From a virus: a DNA stretch of 64,000 bases. A program made the position numbers and the translations under genes. This document shows positions 24,593 through 33,002 of this stretch, piece by piece (the first letter of the stretch is position 1; every line of letters starts with the position of its first letter). The notes beneath the pieces are model-generated. The model ran no database searches and was not told the origin of the DNA. It saw nothing but the letters and a program-made list of their open reading frames with translations. The stretch lies in IMG/VR virus record IMGVR_UViG_3300027844_002282; one strand, written 5' to 3'.

Positions 24593-26215
24593 TTATATAC
24601 TGCTACTACTTGAACAGCTACTTGAACAGCTACTACTGCTGCTTGAGAAACTCATTGATGATGACGAGAGCGAATAGCTCGACGAAGAACTAATACTTTC
24701 TGATGAACAACTACTTGACACCCAACTTGAACAGCTGCTTGACGAACTGCTTGAATTTGTCCAACAAAGGGAACTAACTTGACCGCCAGACTGATTCAAT
24801 GTAAAGTCGCACCCTGTGATATCAATAATCCATGCTGTGCCAGCTAATGGTGCTTGAACGCAAACTTCAACAGGACAAGTCGCCTCAACAATATAGGTGT
24901 TGTAATTCTGATAAGTAGATATTGATCCCGTATCCAATATACTTCCGGTATTATCTGTAACGGTCAATCTGTCTGGAATCGTATACGTCTTAAATTTGAT
25001 AGTCATTGTTCCGCACGATTCTCCAGGTGAACATTGACCAATGGCCTGGACGGAGCTTATAGACTCGCTCGATTTGCTAAACGAACTACTGCTTGATTCC
25101 CAACTTGAACATGAACTCGAACAACTTGAGCTACTTGAGCTACTTGACGAGCTACAAGAGTTACTCGATGAGCTACTTGATATGCAAACGGTACAGGCGG
25201 CATGTGTTGATGGAGGTGTCGGAACAGTGTCATTGCCCTGCCTTTTTATGTAAAAGCAATAGGCGTCGGGTGGGGGACAACACGATAAAAAATTCCACGT
25301 GGTAGTTACTGGAGCACCTGTAAGTTTTGCACTCTTTATCCTAACAATGGATGTAGCATCAATATCTTCAATAGCATTATAGGTAACCTCGAATCCTGCT
25401 CTGGCAAAAGACTCTGTTGGAAGCGGTGGCGTTCCTTCGCCAGAATATTTCTTTCTAAATGTGACAGAGAAACTGTCAAAATAAACGCCTGTGAAAAAAT
25501 TGTACTTAGTCACATCTTTATTCAACATTGTTAGTGGGTCTCTTACCCATGAAGCTGGAGCGGTTCCAGAATACAGCCCGGTATTATTGAATTCTGTCAA
25601 TGTAAGAACAGATCCGCCAGACTCTGGAGCTTCGAACTGGGCTTTTGCCTCCCAATAAAATTCTCCTACACCACTTAGTGATGAGCTTTCCCAACTTGAA
25701 CAGCTTGAAGAGCAACTACATAATGAGCTTTCCCAGCTGGAACAGCTTGAGGAACAGCTTGAGGAACAACTACTACTTGAGGAACTACATGAACAACTAC
25801 AACTTGATGAGCTACAACTTGAGGAAAGACTTGATGAGCTAAAGCTACCAGATCTTGATGATGAAGAACAAGAACAAGAACAGCTTGAACTACTATTCGA
25901 CGAGCTACTGGAAGAACAGCTGCTGGAAGAACTTGAACTGCTTATTTGATCACCAAGAATAGCGGGGAAAATATTCTCCTTATATCTTGATCCGGTTGCC
26001 ATAACTACCGGGCCATTGATCATCACGTTTTTCAACTCTCCCTTTTCTGGATTATTGAAAGCGTCTACCTCATCACAAGAAGAATAGAATGACACATCAT
26101 CAATGGGGTTTTTATTATTCCATTGAAAATCGTCTGGGTAATTTCCCTCCTGATTCACCGAAGAAGCATTGCTTCCCGGTAGCGCTAAGTCTGCGTACCA
26201 ATTTGAAAGTGCCAT
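24593..26215 (-). CDS. Ser/Cys-rich putative virion appendage protein
   Basis: 540 aa with three long S/C tracts separating small globular domains. Confidence 0.7.
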   Translation of the reverse strand: MALSNWYADLALPGSNASSVNQEGNYPDDFQWNNKNPIDDVSFYSSCDEVDAFNNPEKGELKNVMINGPVVMATGSRYKENIFPAILGDQISSSSSSSSCSSSSSSNSSSSCSCSCSSSSRSGSFSSSSLSSSCSSSSCSCSCSSSSSSCSSSCSSSCSSWESSLCSCSSSCSSWESSSLSGVGEFYWEAKAQFEAPESGGSVLTLTEFNNTGLYSGTAPASWVRDPLTMLNKDVTKYNFFTGVYFDSFSVTFRKKYSGEGTPPLPTESFARAGFEVTYNAIEDIDATSIVRIKSAKLTGAPVTTTWNFLSCCPPPDAYCFYIKRQGNDTVPTPPSTHAACTVCISSSSSSNSCSSSSSSSSSSCSSSCSSWESSSSSFSKSSESISSVQAIGQCSPGESCGTMTIKFKTYTIPDRLTVTDNTGSILDTGSISTYQNYNTYIVEATCPVEVCVQAPLAGTAWIIDITGCDFTLNQSGGQVSSLCWTNSSSSSSSCSSWVSSSCSSESISSSSSYSLSSSSMSFSSSSSSCSSSCSSSSSI

Positions 26216-26258
26216 GTTTACTCATCTCAAAACTTTTAGTAGAAATTCACAAGTCTTT

Positions 26259-26432
26259 TTACTTCTTGCCTCTTTCTCTCTTGTGTTTCGCCTCGTTTTC
26301 ACTTAAATACTCAAGGATTGCCTGCCCTTCCGTCATACCCTTATCTTTCTTGCTCTTTAGATTTTCCCAATACTCTGTCATCATATTTGAGCTATCTCCG
26401 GCGTCTTGGGCTTCTTTTTTAATATCTTCCAT
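26259..26432 (-). CDS. Small protein, 57 aa (MEDIKKEAQDAG...)
   Basis: Below the ORF-track cutoff; AAGGAG RBS; fills the gap; carries KKEAQ. Confidence 0.65.
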   Translation of the reverse strand: MEDIKKEAQDAGDSSNMMTEYWENLKSKKDKGMTEGQAILEYLSENEAKHKRERGKK

Positions 26433-26441
26433 TTTAACTCC

Positions 26442-27368
26442 TTATGAAATTAGATCTGACCAATCATCAAGAAAGGTCTTCTTCTTTGGTGGTTTTTCCT
26501 GCACCGGAACATTTTGTACCGGAACATCCTGTACTTGAGTATCCGGTGGCGGGGTCTCTTGAACGGGCGGTTCTCTTCTTTTTGTATCAATTACATCTAT
26601 TCGATTAGGGTCAAACATTTCAATTTGATCACGCGCTTGTTCAAGCGTCTCTCTCGCCCGCTGCTCATGATCTTTTCCCTCTTCAATAGAGGTTAAATAA
26701 TTTCTAATGTCATGAGGGTTAACTGGGCCGTCCTTTGTTATAAATTGATACCCAACGATATCATCCAACTTAAATGTTCTTGGTTGACCGCCTCTAGTTA
26801 AATCAACAACAGTTATATTGTCGCCGTCCCTCTCAAATATTTTACCGCTTGGAAGCTTGGCGGTTCCACTTGTTGCTAATTGATGATCTAACATGCCTCT
26901 GTGGCCACCGGTGTACATATAGGATATCTCCATGTTCAACCCGTTCTTTATTGCGAAATCAAGGGCGTCAACAAAGTTCTGTGTTATTCTAACGTTAAAC
27001 TCTTCGGCTCCGGCTGTTTTTATACTGTCTCCAAAACTATGACCAACCACAACATTGTTCTTAGCAAACCACCCACGATTAACTTCAAGTGCGTACCTAC
27101 ATTTTGTCGATGACTTTACGGGCCTTAGAGATAATGGTATCAAGGGTTTAATATCTAACACTTTGAAATCGCTACTCAAAAAGGCTATGTCCAAGGGAAT
27201 ATAGGTGTTAGACATCCAGAAACTAAGGTGCCTATCTGACGCAAAGCAAAATAGCATCCCGCGATTTTCTCCGAGATGCTTCTTGTACATCAGCCCCTGC
27301 TCTCTTGTGTAGGGGTCGTTTGCGACATCTACCATTAAATTAATTGTCTTTTTTTCACTCGCAGCCAC
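26442..27368 (-). CDS. DUF192 domain protein fused to a WYL-like domain
   Basis: REQGLMY..GMLF..FWMSNTYIPLDIAF..YALEVNRG (DUF192); AIK...EISY...PRTFKLDDI (WYL-like). Confidence 0.75.
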   Translation of the reverse strand: MAASEKKTINLMVDVANDPYTREQGLMYKKHLGENRGMLFCFASDRHLSFWMSNTYIPLDIAFLSSDFKVLDIKPLIPLSLRPVKSSTKCRYALEVNRGWFAKNNVVVGHSFGDSIKTAGAEEFNVRITQNFVDALDFAIKNGLNMEISYMYTGGHRGMLDHQLATSGTAKLPSGKIFERDGDNITVVDLTRGGQPRTFKLDDIVGYQFITKDGPVNPHDIRNYLTSIEEGKDHEQRARETLEQARDQIEMFDPNRIDVIDTKRREPPVQETPPPDTQVQDVPVQNVPVQEKPPKKKTFLDDWSDLIS

Positions 27369-27392
27369 GGCTACAAACCTCCAATTTCACGC

Positions 27393-27590
27393 TTATCTTC
27401 TATTTGTTCTTGTCGGCGTATTAGACTGCCATGCACAACCATATGAAGAAACTATACGTATTAATTTAGAAGCGCTCGCCTCATCAACCTCAACATAATA
27501 ATTTCGACCACTTGATTTATACTTAAAACCACTCAGCCTACCTTCTTTTATCTCACGATCAAATTTTTCAGTCGCAAAGAAAAAGATCAT
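27393..27590 (-). CDS. Hypothetical protein
   Basis: 65 aa, coupled to the upstream stop. Confidence 0.55.
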   Translation of the reverse strand: MIFFFATEKFDREIKEGRLSGFKYKSSGRNYYVEVDEASASKLIRIVSSYGCAWQSNTPTRTNRR

Positions 27591-28051
27591 TACTTTTTAC
27601 CCACAGAGAGTCTTGGTCCATTTCCAAATTTCTTCTTTTTATCAGCGAGAATTTCCTGGAGCCCCTTGGTTTCAGAACTCTTATCAAAACTATTCTCTTC
27701 TGAAAGAACCAGAGTCTTAATAACCTCTCTCCCTCTGCTTGTGTACGTAAAAGTCTCTATATCTCCACTTATAAGACCAGAGGCTTTTAGCCTTAAAACG
27801 TCGTTCTGACTTACCGTCTCTGGAATAGGTATCTTTTCATCACTGGCGCTACCGCTACTGTCTTTCCAAAGCTTGAAAAGTATTCCCGCCTCGAAATTGC
27901 TGACCTTTATGATATCATTGGCTTTCGACTGTTTTTCTGTAACAAATGGTAACAGGCTTACATCTATACCGTAATCAACCTGAGGGGTCATTGGTTTGTT
28001 TTGATCTAACATCAAATAATCTGTATTCATTGGTACTATTGGGACTGGCAT
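27590..28051 (-). CDS. Hypothetical protein, possible winged helix
   Basis: LRLKASGLI....TYTSRGRE resembles a wHTH; GGAGG RBS. Confidence 0.55.
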   Translation of the reverse strand: MPVPIVPMNTDYLMLDQNKPMTPQVDYGIDVSLLPFVTEKQSKANDIIKVSNFEAGILFKLWKDSSGSASDEKIPIPETVSQNDVLRLKASGLISGDIETFTYTSRGREVIKTLVLSEENSFDKSSETKGLQEILADKKKKFGNGPRLSVGKK

Positions 28052-28060
28052 TTTGACCTC

Positions 28061-30496
28061 CTATACTGTTTCAAAAAATTCCGGCTGCTCTTTAACTACT
28101 TTTGCATGTATTTCTTTCAATTTTTCAAGGCCGTATTCCTTTAGCATGTATTCTCCGTCAGGGCCGTAGCCTATGATCTTCTCATATTCATATGCCAATC
28201 TCTTTTCAGAAACCTTCGCGCCGTCAAACAATAATTCTTTATTTCTATGAATCGACTCATCAAGCTCTGGGTCTATAGAATATCCTCTAAGGTTTAATAT
28301 GATCGCCCTCGTAACCATGAGCGGATTAATCGGGATAACAACGTCTGGGTTGAGGATCGGTCTAACAATCTTGGCCTCAATATCATCCATGGCTTTTCCC
28401 GTTATATCGTAGATATTATTGTCAATAAAACTATAAAGTAGACTATTGACGGTAAAGTCTCTGGCATACACGTCTAAGTGAATTGGGGTCGTTGAGATAT
28501 TCTCTTCTCTCATAAGCGGTCTTACACCCTCTGTGAAAATACGTTTTCCACGAAAGTCCATCGATACGCCTTCATACTCATAACTCATCGTTCCAGTTCT
28601 TTGGCTAAATCCGATATCGACAATACCAAGATCTGCCGCAAGAAGACCGCCAAGTTTTTGAACGTTCTCGACTACCGGAGATGTGAAATCAAGATCGTTA
28701 ACCTCAAGGAAATTCTTTGTCGTTGCCAATGTTCTTGGGAATCCACCAACTACGAAACAGTCTTCTATCCCATATGTCTGTGATAATATCTTACACTTAC
28801 TAAGTATCTTATTGATTGTTTCCTTAAGTCTTCCCTGAAGGTTAACAAATGAGTTTACACGATCAATGTTAGATCCAGAGTTTACATTGTCCTCAATTTC
28901 TTTAATATCTTCTAAGTCTTCATCCCCAGTAATCCAAACTACAACTTTATCCTTGAGATTGTCATTCTCAAATATTGCATACGGAAAATCTCCTAATGCG
29001 TCAACAACATGAGGTAAAGCGTCTTCATGAACAATCAGCCTGGCTACATTTATCTTTTTTGACAAAACCATCTTCTTATAATACCCAACCCTTCTCAATA
29101 TTTGAACAATATAATTCTTAGATTCGTTATCTGTCACATTATAAAGAGAGTTGCCAACTGCCCCAGCAGTACCAAAATCGGATCGGCCAGACCAATAAGT
29201 ATCTCTATCGTTCCACTTCTCTGGTCTATTCCTATGTTCTGGTGAAGCAAGGTCAATCTGGATATCATTTTTCCAGTAAGATCTACCAAATCTATCTTTG
29301 GCTATTTTACCCCTACCGTACCTTTCATCATATCTTCTCATCCAATATCTTCTGTCTGAAGATTCTCCGTCGTAATATCCATGGGTGTCAGAAATATCAT
29401 CAGCCTCAAATGGCTCTCTCCAACCCGCATTAAATCCATTTAGATATCCAAAGACGCCACCAATATGCGGGCCACCAACGTTACTTCTCCATGACGCGAA
29501 CTTAATAAGTTTATTTGTCGATGCCGCTTTTTGAATAGGAATAATCAAAGCGTGAGGAAGCTTGTCCATTAACATTTTCTCTAACGTTACAGACTCTGTC
29601 TCAGCAACCCCCTTCTCTTTCCTTTCTTGAGTAAGGTTTTCCTCACAAGTTTTATCTCCCGATTCGTCACCAGTGTGAAGATTGTTTTCAAGAAGGGTTT
29701 CCACTGAGTCATACTTTGTCCCTTCGGTAGCGAATTCTTGAAAGTTAACCTCTTGATTGGATCTCAACACTGTTTCAATTAGACTCCACTGGAACGGGGC
29801 GATCTGAGCCTTCCTATACCAACTATTTTCATTTGAAGCGTGAGTCATTTCCCCTGTCGTTTCAAAAGGCAGGTTAAACCTATTCATCCCCCAAGAAAGA
29901 AGGGAATTTTGCAACTCTTGACATGGGCCTTCGTCCCCACCTTTGGCATGTAAGGCTTCGTGGGCAATAATGGAAGCTAACTGAACTTTTCGAAGGTTGT
30001 TCTTATCATCCTCGGTAATCGTATCTGGATCGGAGTCCAAAATCATTTGGTCAGTAATATCCATGATTCTTGCAATATCGATGCCAATAACGCTTCCACC
30101 TTCAGATTTTTTCTTTTCAAAAAGTCTTCTCATCTCTTCTGTCACTTCTTCTGGATCTTTATCTGGAGAATATGCATATAGAAGATCACTTTCTGAAGGG
30201 CTCTCTGGAATATTAGTTACATAACCAGATCTTTCAAGCTCTTTCTTAACCCTGACCCAATCAACTGTTTCGTTCAATGATGGGTTGAAAACCCCGAATG
30301 CATCTACATCAGTAGAATTGTAAATGTATGCTACATTTTTCAACAGATCTCCCCCAGCAAATTCGTTAACTAACGAAACAGCCTCGGAAGCGCCGGGGAA
30401 TCTCCCGGAAATTTCATCAGAATTAACATTTCCTGAGCCTACGTTCTGCTCAATTGTGTCAACCTTCTGTTCTATCTCTTGCAATTCTGGATTCAT
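28061..30496 (-). CDS. CCA-adding / poly(A) polymerase family nucleotidyltransferase with long N-terminal extension (HEXXH domain plus repeat linker)
   Basis: CFVVGGFPR...NDLDF...ARDFTVNSL class II nucleotidyltransferase head motifs; IAHEALH near the N-terminus. Confidence 0.8.
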   Translation of the reverse strand: MNPELQEIEQKVDTIEQNVGSGNVNSDEISGRFPGASEAVSLVNEFAGGDLLKNVAYIYNSTDVDAFGVFNPSLNETVDWVRVKKELERSGYVTNIPESPSESDLLYAYSPDKDPEEVTEEMRRLFEKKKSEGGSVIGIDIARIMDITDQMILDSDPDTITEDDKNNLRKVQLASIIAHEALHAKGGDEGPCQELQNSLLSWGMNRFNLPFETTGEMTHASNENSWYRKAQIAPFQWSLIETVLRSNQEVNFQEFATEGTKYDSVETLLENNLHTGDESGDKTCEENLTQERKEKGVAETESVTLEKMLMDKLPHALIIPIQKAASTNKLIKFASWRSNVGGPHIGGVFGYLNGFNAGWREPFEADDISDTHGYYDGESSDRRYWMRRYDERYGRGKIAKDRFGRSYWKNDIQIDLASPEHRNRPEKWNDRDTYWSGRSDFGTAGAVGNSLYNVTDNESKNYIVQILRRVGYYKKMVLSKKINVARLIVHEDALPHVVDALGDFPYAIFENDNLKDKVVVWITGDEDLEDIKEIEDNVNSGSNIDRVNSFVNLQGRLKETINKILSKCKILSQTYGIEDCFVVGGFPRTLATTKNFLEVNDLDFTSPVVENVQKLGGLLAADLGIVDIGFSQRTGTMSYEYEGVSMDFRGKRIFTEGVRPLMREENISTTPIHLDVYARDFTVNSLLYSFIDNNIYDITGKAMDDIEAKIVRPILNPDVVIPINPLMVTRAIILNLRGYSIDPELDESIHRNKELLFDGAKVSEKRLAYEYEKIIGYGPDGEYMLKEYGLEKLKEIHAKVVKEQPEFFETV

Positions 30497-30498
30497 AA

Positions 30499-30879
30499 TT
30501 ATGCTGTCTCTGGACCCTCTTGGACGACTTCTTGCTGTCTCGCAATATCCGCTCTCTGTTCCTCACGGACTGTGTCAACAACTCCGGCACTTGGGTCGTC
30601 TGGTGGCTCATCATCTCCAAACCCGGCTCCGTTTCTCATCTCACCCTGAGATTGCTGTAAACTCTTTGAAGCATCAGATATCGCAAACAAATCATTAAAA
30701 AGATTTATCTCATTTGTTCCCCTGTGCTCACCCTCTTTGGCTTCAATGGCAATATCTACGCCTGTGCCATCATCATTTATCTTGTAACAAACAGTCCATT
30801 CGGCTCTCTGAACGTTTCCCGCTCCAGTTTGCGCCTTAACTAACTGCCCACTACTGTCTACCTTATATATTTTCATCAC
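30499..30879 (-). CDS. Hypothetical protein
   Basis: 126 aa; LVKAQ motif. Confidence 0.6.
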   Translation of the reverse strand: MMKIYKVDSSGQLVKAQTGAGNVQRAEWTVCYKINDDGTGVDIAIEAKEGEHRGTNEINLFNDLFAISDASKSLQQSQGEMRNGAGFGDDEPPDDPSAGVVDTVREEQRADIARQQEVVQEGPETA

Positions 30880-31885
30880 TTACCTCCTGTTGTAAAAACT
30901 TTGAAAACCTCTTAAAACAAACATCTATAGGGATACCTGCATTTAACCCGTAATTTCCTACTGATTCCACTATTACGGCGGCTATCCCAAAAACCCTTCC
31001 ATCTGACGAATCAACAACCGCTCCGCCACTTGATCCTGGATACACAGATAAATCCATAAAGAAATAATTGCTTCCGCTATTTATCTCTCTGTCTTTAGAC
31101 GAGATTATTCCTCGTGACACATTATTGTCATAACCATATGGGCTACCAACGCAAAGTATAGATTCTCCGACGCCGACCGAATCGATTCTTTTAGGCTCTA
31201 CCTCTGTGTGTTTTACAGAGTCGCAATAAAGAACAGCGATATCCAATTCATAGTCAACGTCTAATATTGTTGCCGAATACTGTCTGTCTCCATCTATAAC
31301 ATACGCCGATACACTTTCAAAGCGTTCCTCGTTTCTACTGATTACGTGTGCGCATGTGATGAGGATGTTTGGTTTAACAAAAAAACAAGATCCCACCTCT
31401 TTGACCCCGTGGGTGTGAGACTCTGTCTCTATCTTAAAGCATGAAGATAGAAGATCTGCGACGATTGGAACCATTTCCGTTTCTTTATTGGCGGTTTTCA
31501 TCATAGTATCATCGCTTGATGCCATGGGGGATATTAGACGCCATTTTTTGTTCTTCTTACCAAGATCCGCAACTATCTCATGAATAGGTCTGTTTTCATA
31601 AACGACCTGCTTACCGCCTTCTAAATACACAACAAATCGTCTTACTTTATCGCCAAGTAATCCTGATCTATTCCAAAGGTCTTCCCCATGAAACGGGTCG
31701 TTGATATGCCAAGATATATCTACCGTGTCAGGACTTGATATTCCAGTATGGTCCGAAAAACCCTTATCTAAATCTTTTCTTCTCTTAAGATCTCTATCAA
31801 TATTTAGAGCGCGGCCTTTGTCGGTTATAGGACTAAGCTTATCGTCCAAGAACGGCATCGTCGTTCTATATGATTTAATTTGCAA
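30863..31885 (-). CDS. Trypsin-like (S1/HtrA-type) serine protease with N-terminal extension
   Basis: ITCAHVI (His), DIAVL (Asp), PGSSGG (Ser). Confidence 0.85.
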   Translation of the reverse strand: MQIKSYRTTMPFLDDKLSPITDKGRALNIDRDLKRRKDLDKGFSDHTGISSPDTVDISWHINDPFHGEDLWNRSGLLGDKVRRFVVYLEGGKQVVYENRPIHEIVADLGKKNKKWRLISPMASSDDTMMKTANKETEMVPIVADLLSSCFKIETESHTHGVKEVGSCFFVKPNILITCAHVISRNEERFESVSAYVIDGDRQYSATILDVDYELDIAVLYCDSVKHTEVEPKRIDSVGVGESILCVGSPYGYDNNVSRGIISSKDREINSGSNYFFMDLSVYPGSSGGAVVDSSDGRVFGIAAVIVESVGNYGLNAGIPIDVCFKRFSKFLQQEVSDENI

Positions 31886-31900
31886 GATAATCCCCTCATG

Positions 31901-32515
31901 TTAATCTTTTGGCACAACAATGTCTTCTGATTCTTCAAAGGTATTTTTTCGGCTATCATCTGCAAATATAATGTCATCATCTACTTTTTCAGTACTACTT
32001 TTGGTCATCTCTACAGTCGTTGGTATTTCTCCAACCATAACAACTGCGGGTGAAGAATCTGTTCCGTCAAGATCGCTGTAATTAATGTCACCAGGCTGTA
32101 TGTCGCCATCCAATGGATTAACGTCGTCCTCAAGAATCTCTCTTACATTATCAGCAGTCAATTCTTTCGGTAGGATATTCTCGTCATTCAGATCCTTTGT
32201 CTCTTCTTCAATCATTATAGTTAATGATTGAAGAGGGTCTTCTTTAATAACCTTAGCGTTCGATTCATCGTCGGCGACAACAATATTTTCCTTCTCGGAA
32301 CTCTCTTCCTCTTCTTTCTGATCGAAAGATTCATTAATCCCGCACATTGAGACCAGACCATTATGGATACAACCCAAAAGGTCAGCACTTTTTTCCACAT
32401 CGTCTTTATCATATAGCACGAACTCCGTATTTGATGGTCGGATTGTTAAACCCAAACTGTCAATATGTAAGATCGTTCCGCTATTATTTCTTAGTTTTAC
32501 CAAAGGCATTTTCAT
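31901..32515 (-). CDS. Hypothetical acidic protein
   Basis: 204 aa with AGGAG RBS. Confidence 0.6.
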   Translation of the reverse strand: MKMPLVKLRNNSGTILHIDSLGLTIRPSNTEFVLYDKDDVEKSADLLGCIHNGLVSMCGINESFDQKEEEESSEKENIVVADDESNAKVIKEDPLQSLTIMIEEETKDLNDENILPKELTADNVREILEDDVNPLDGDIQPGDINYSDLDGTDSSPAVVMVGEIPTTVEMTKSSTEKVDDDIIFADDSRKNTFEESEDIVVPKD

Positions 32516-32523
32516 CTCCTGAT

Positions 32524-32880
32524 TTATTTATTTGCTTTCTCGAATTTTTCTTCCTCAACGGGATTGTTAGAAAGTCTCTGTTCCTCAAGTTTCGGAACGT
32601 CTCCTTTCGTTTCAACACGGTGATTAGAAAACATACTTTTCTCATTATCTAATTTTGCTTCGGTCACCCCAGCTTCTGCTCCAGTGTGCCTACTATCTAA
32701 TTGACCTTCCGTCAATTCTGAATCATTTTGCCACCTTCCGTCTTCTAAATTGGCTTCAAGTGTTTCCGTTTTTATTAAATCAGCATAATCTCCAGATACT
32801 TCGTCCAGCATCTTCTCGATTGTTCTCGCTTCTGCGAGCACCTTTGTACGCGCTCTTTTTTCGCTTAAGTTGTAAGACAT
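32524..32880 (-). CDS. Small repeat protein (scaffold-like E-x-x-L repeats)
   Basis: TIEKML, TLEANL, LTEGQL, VTEAKL, LEEQRL. Confidence 0.65.
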   Translation of the reverse strand: MSYNLSEKRARTKVLAEARTIEKMLDEVSGDYADLIKTETLEANLEDGRWQNDSELTEGQLDSRHTGAEAGVTEAKLDNEKSMFSNHRVETKGDVPKLEEQRLSNNPVEEEKFEKANK

Positions 32881-32916
32881 GTTATAAACTCCATTTTTCC
32901 AAATTCATTTGTTGTT

Positions 32917-33002
32917 ATTCTTTATAAGAGCGTTTATAGTCTTTGGCGCGAACCTGCTCCAGACTATCCTTATTTTACACTCAAGGACTATGTAAATCCT
33001 TT
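32917..33002 (-). promoter_or_regulatory. Two tandem putative late promoters
   Basis: AAAGA-N18-AGAAT (32917-32944) and AAAGG-N18-TGTAA (32975-33002). Confidence 0.5.

Noticed and set aside
18986-26215. Lanthipeptide-type modification of Ser/Cys tracts using the GluRS-like genes
   Set aside because: No LanB, LanC or LanM dehydratase or cyclase is visible in the window
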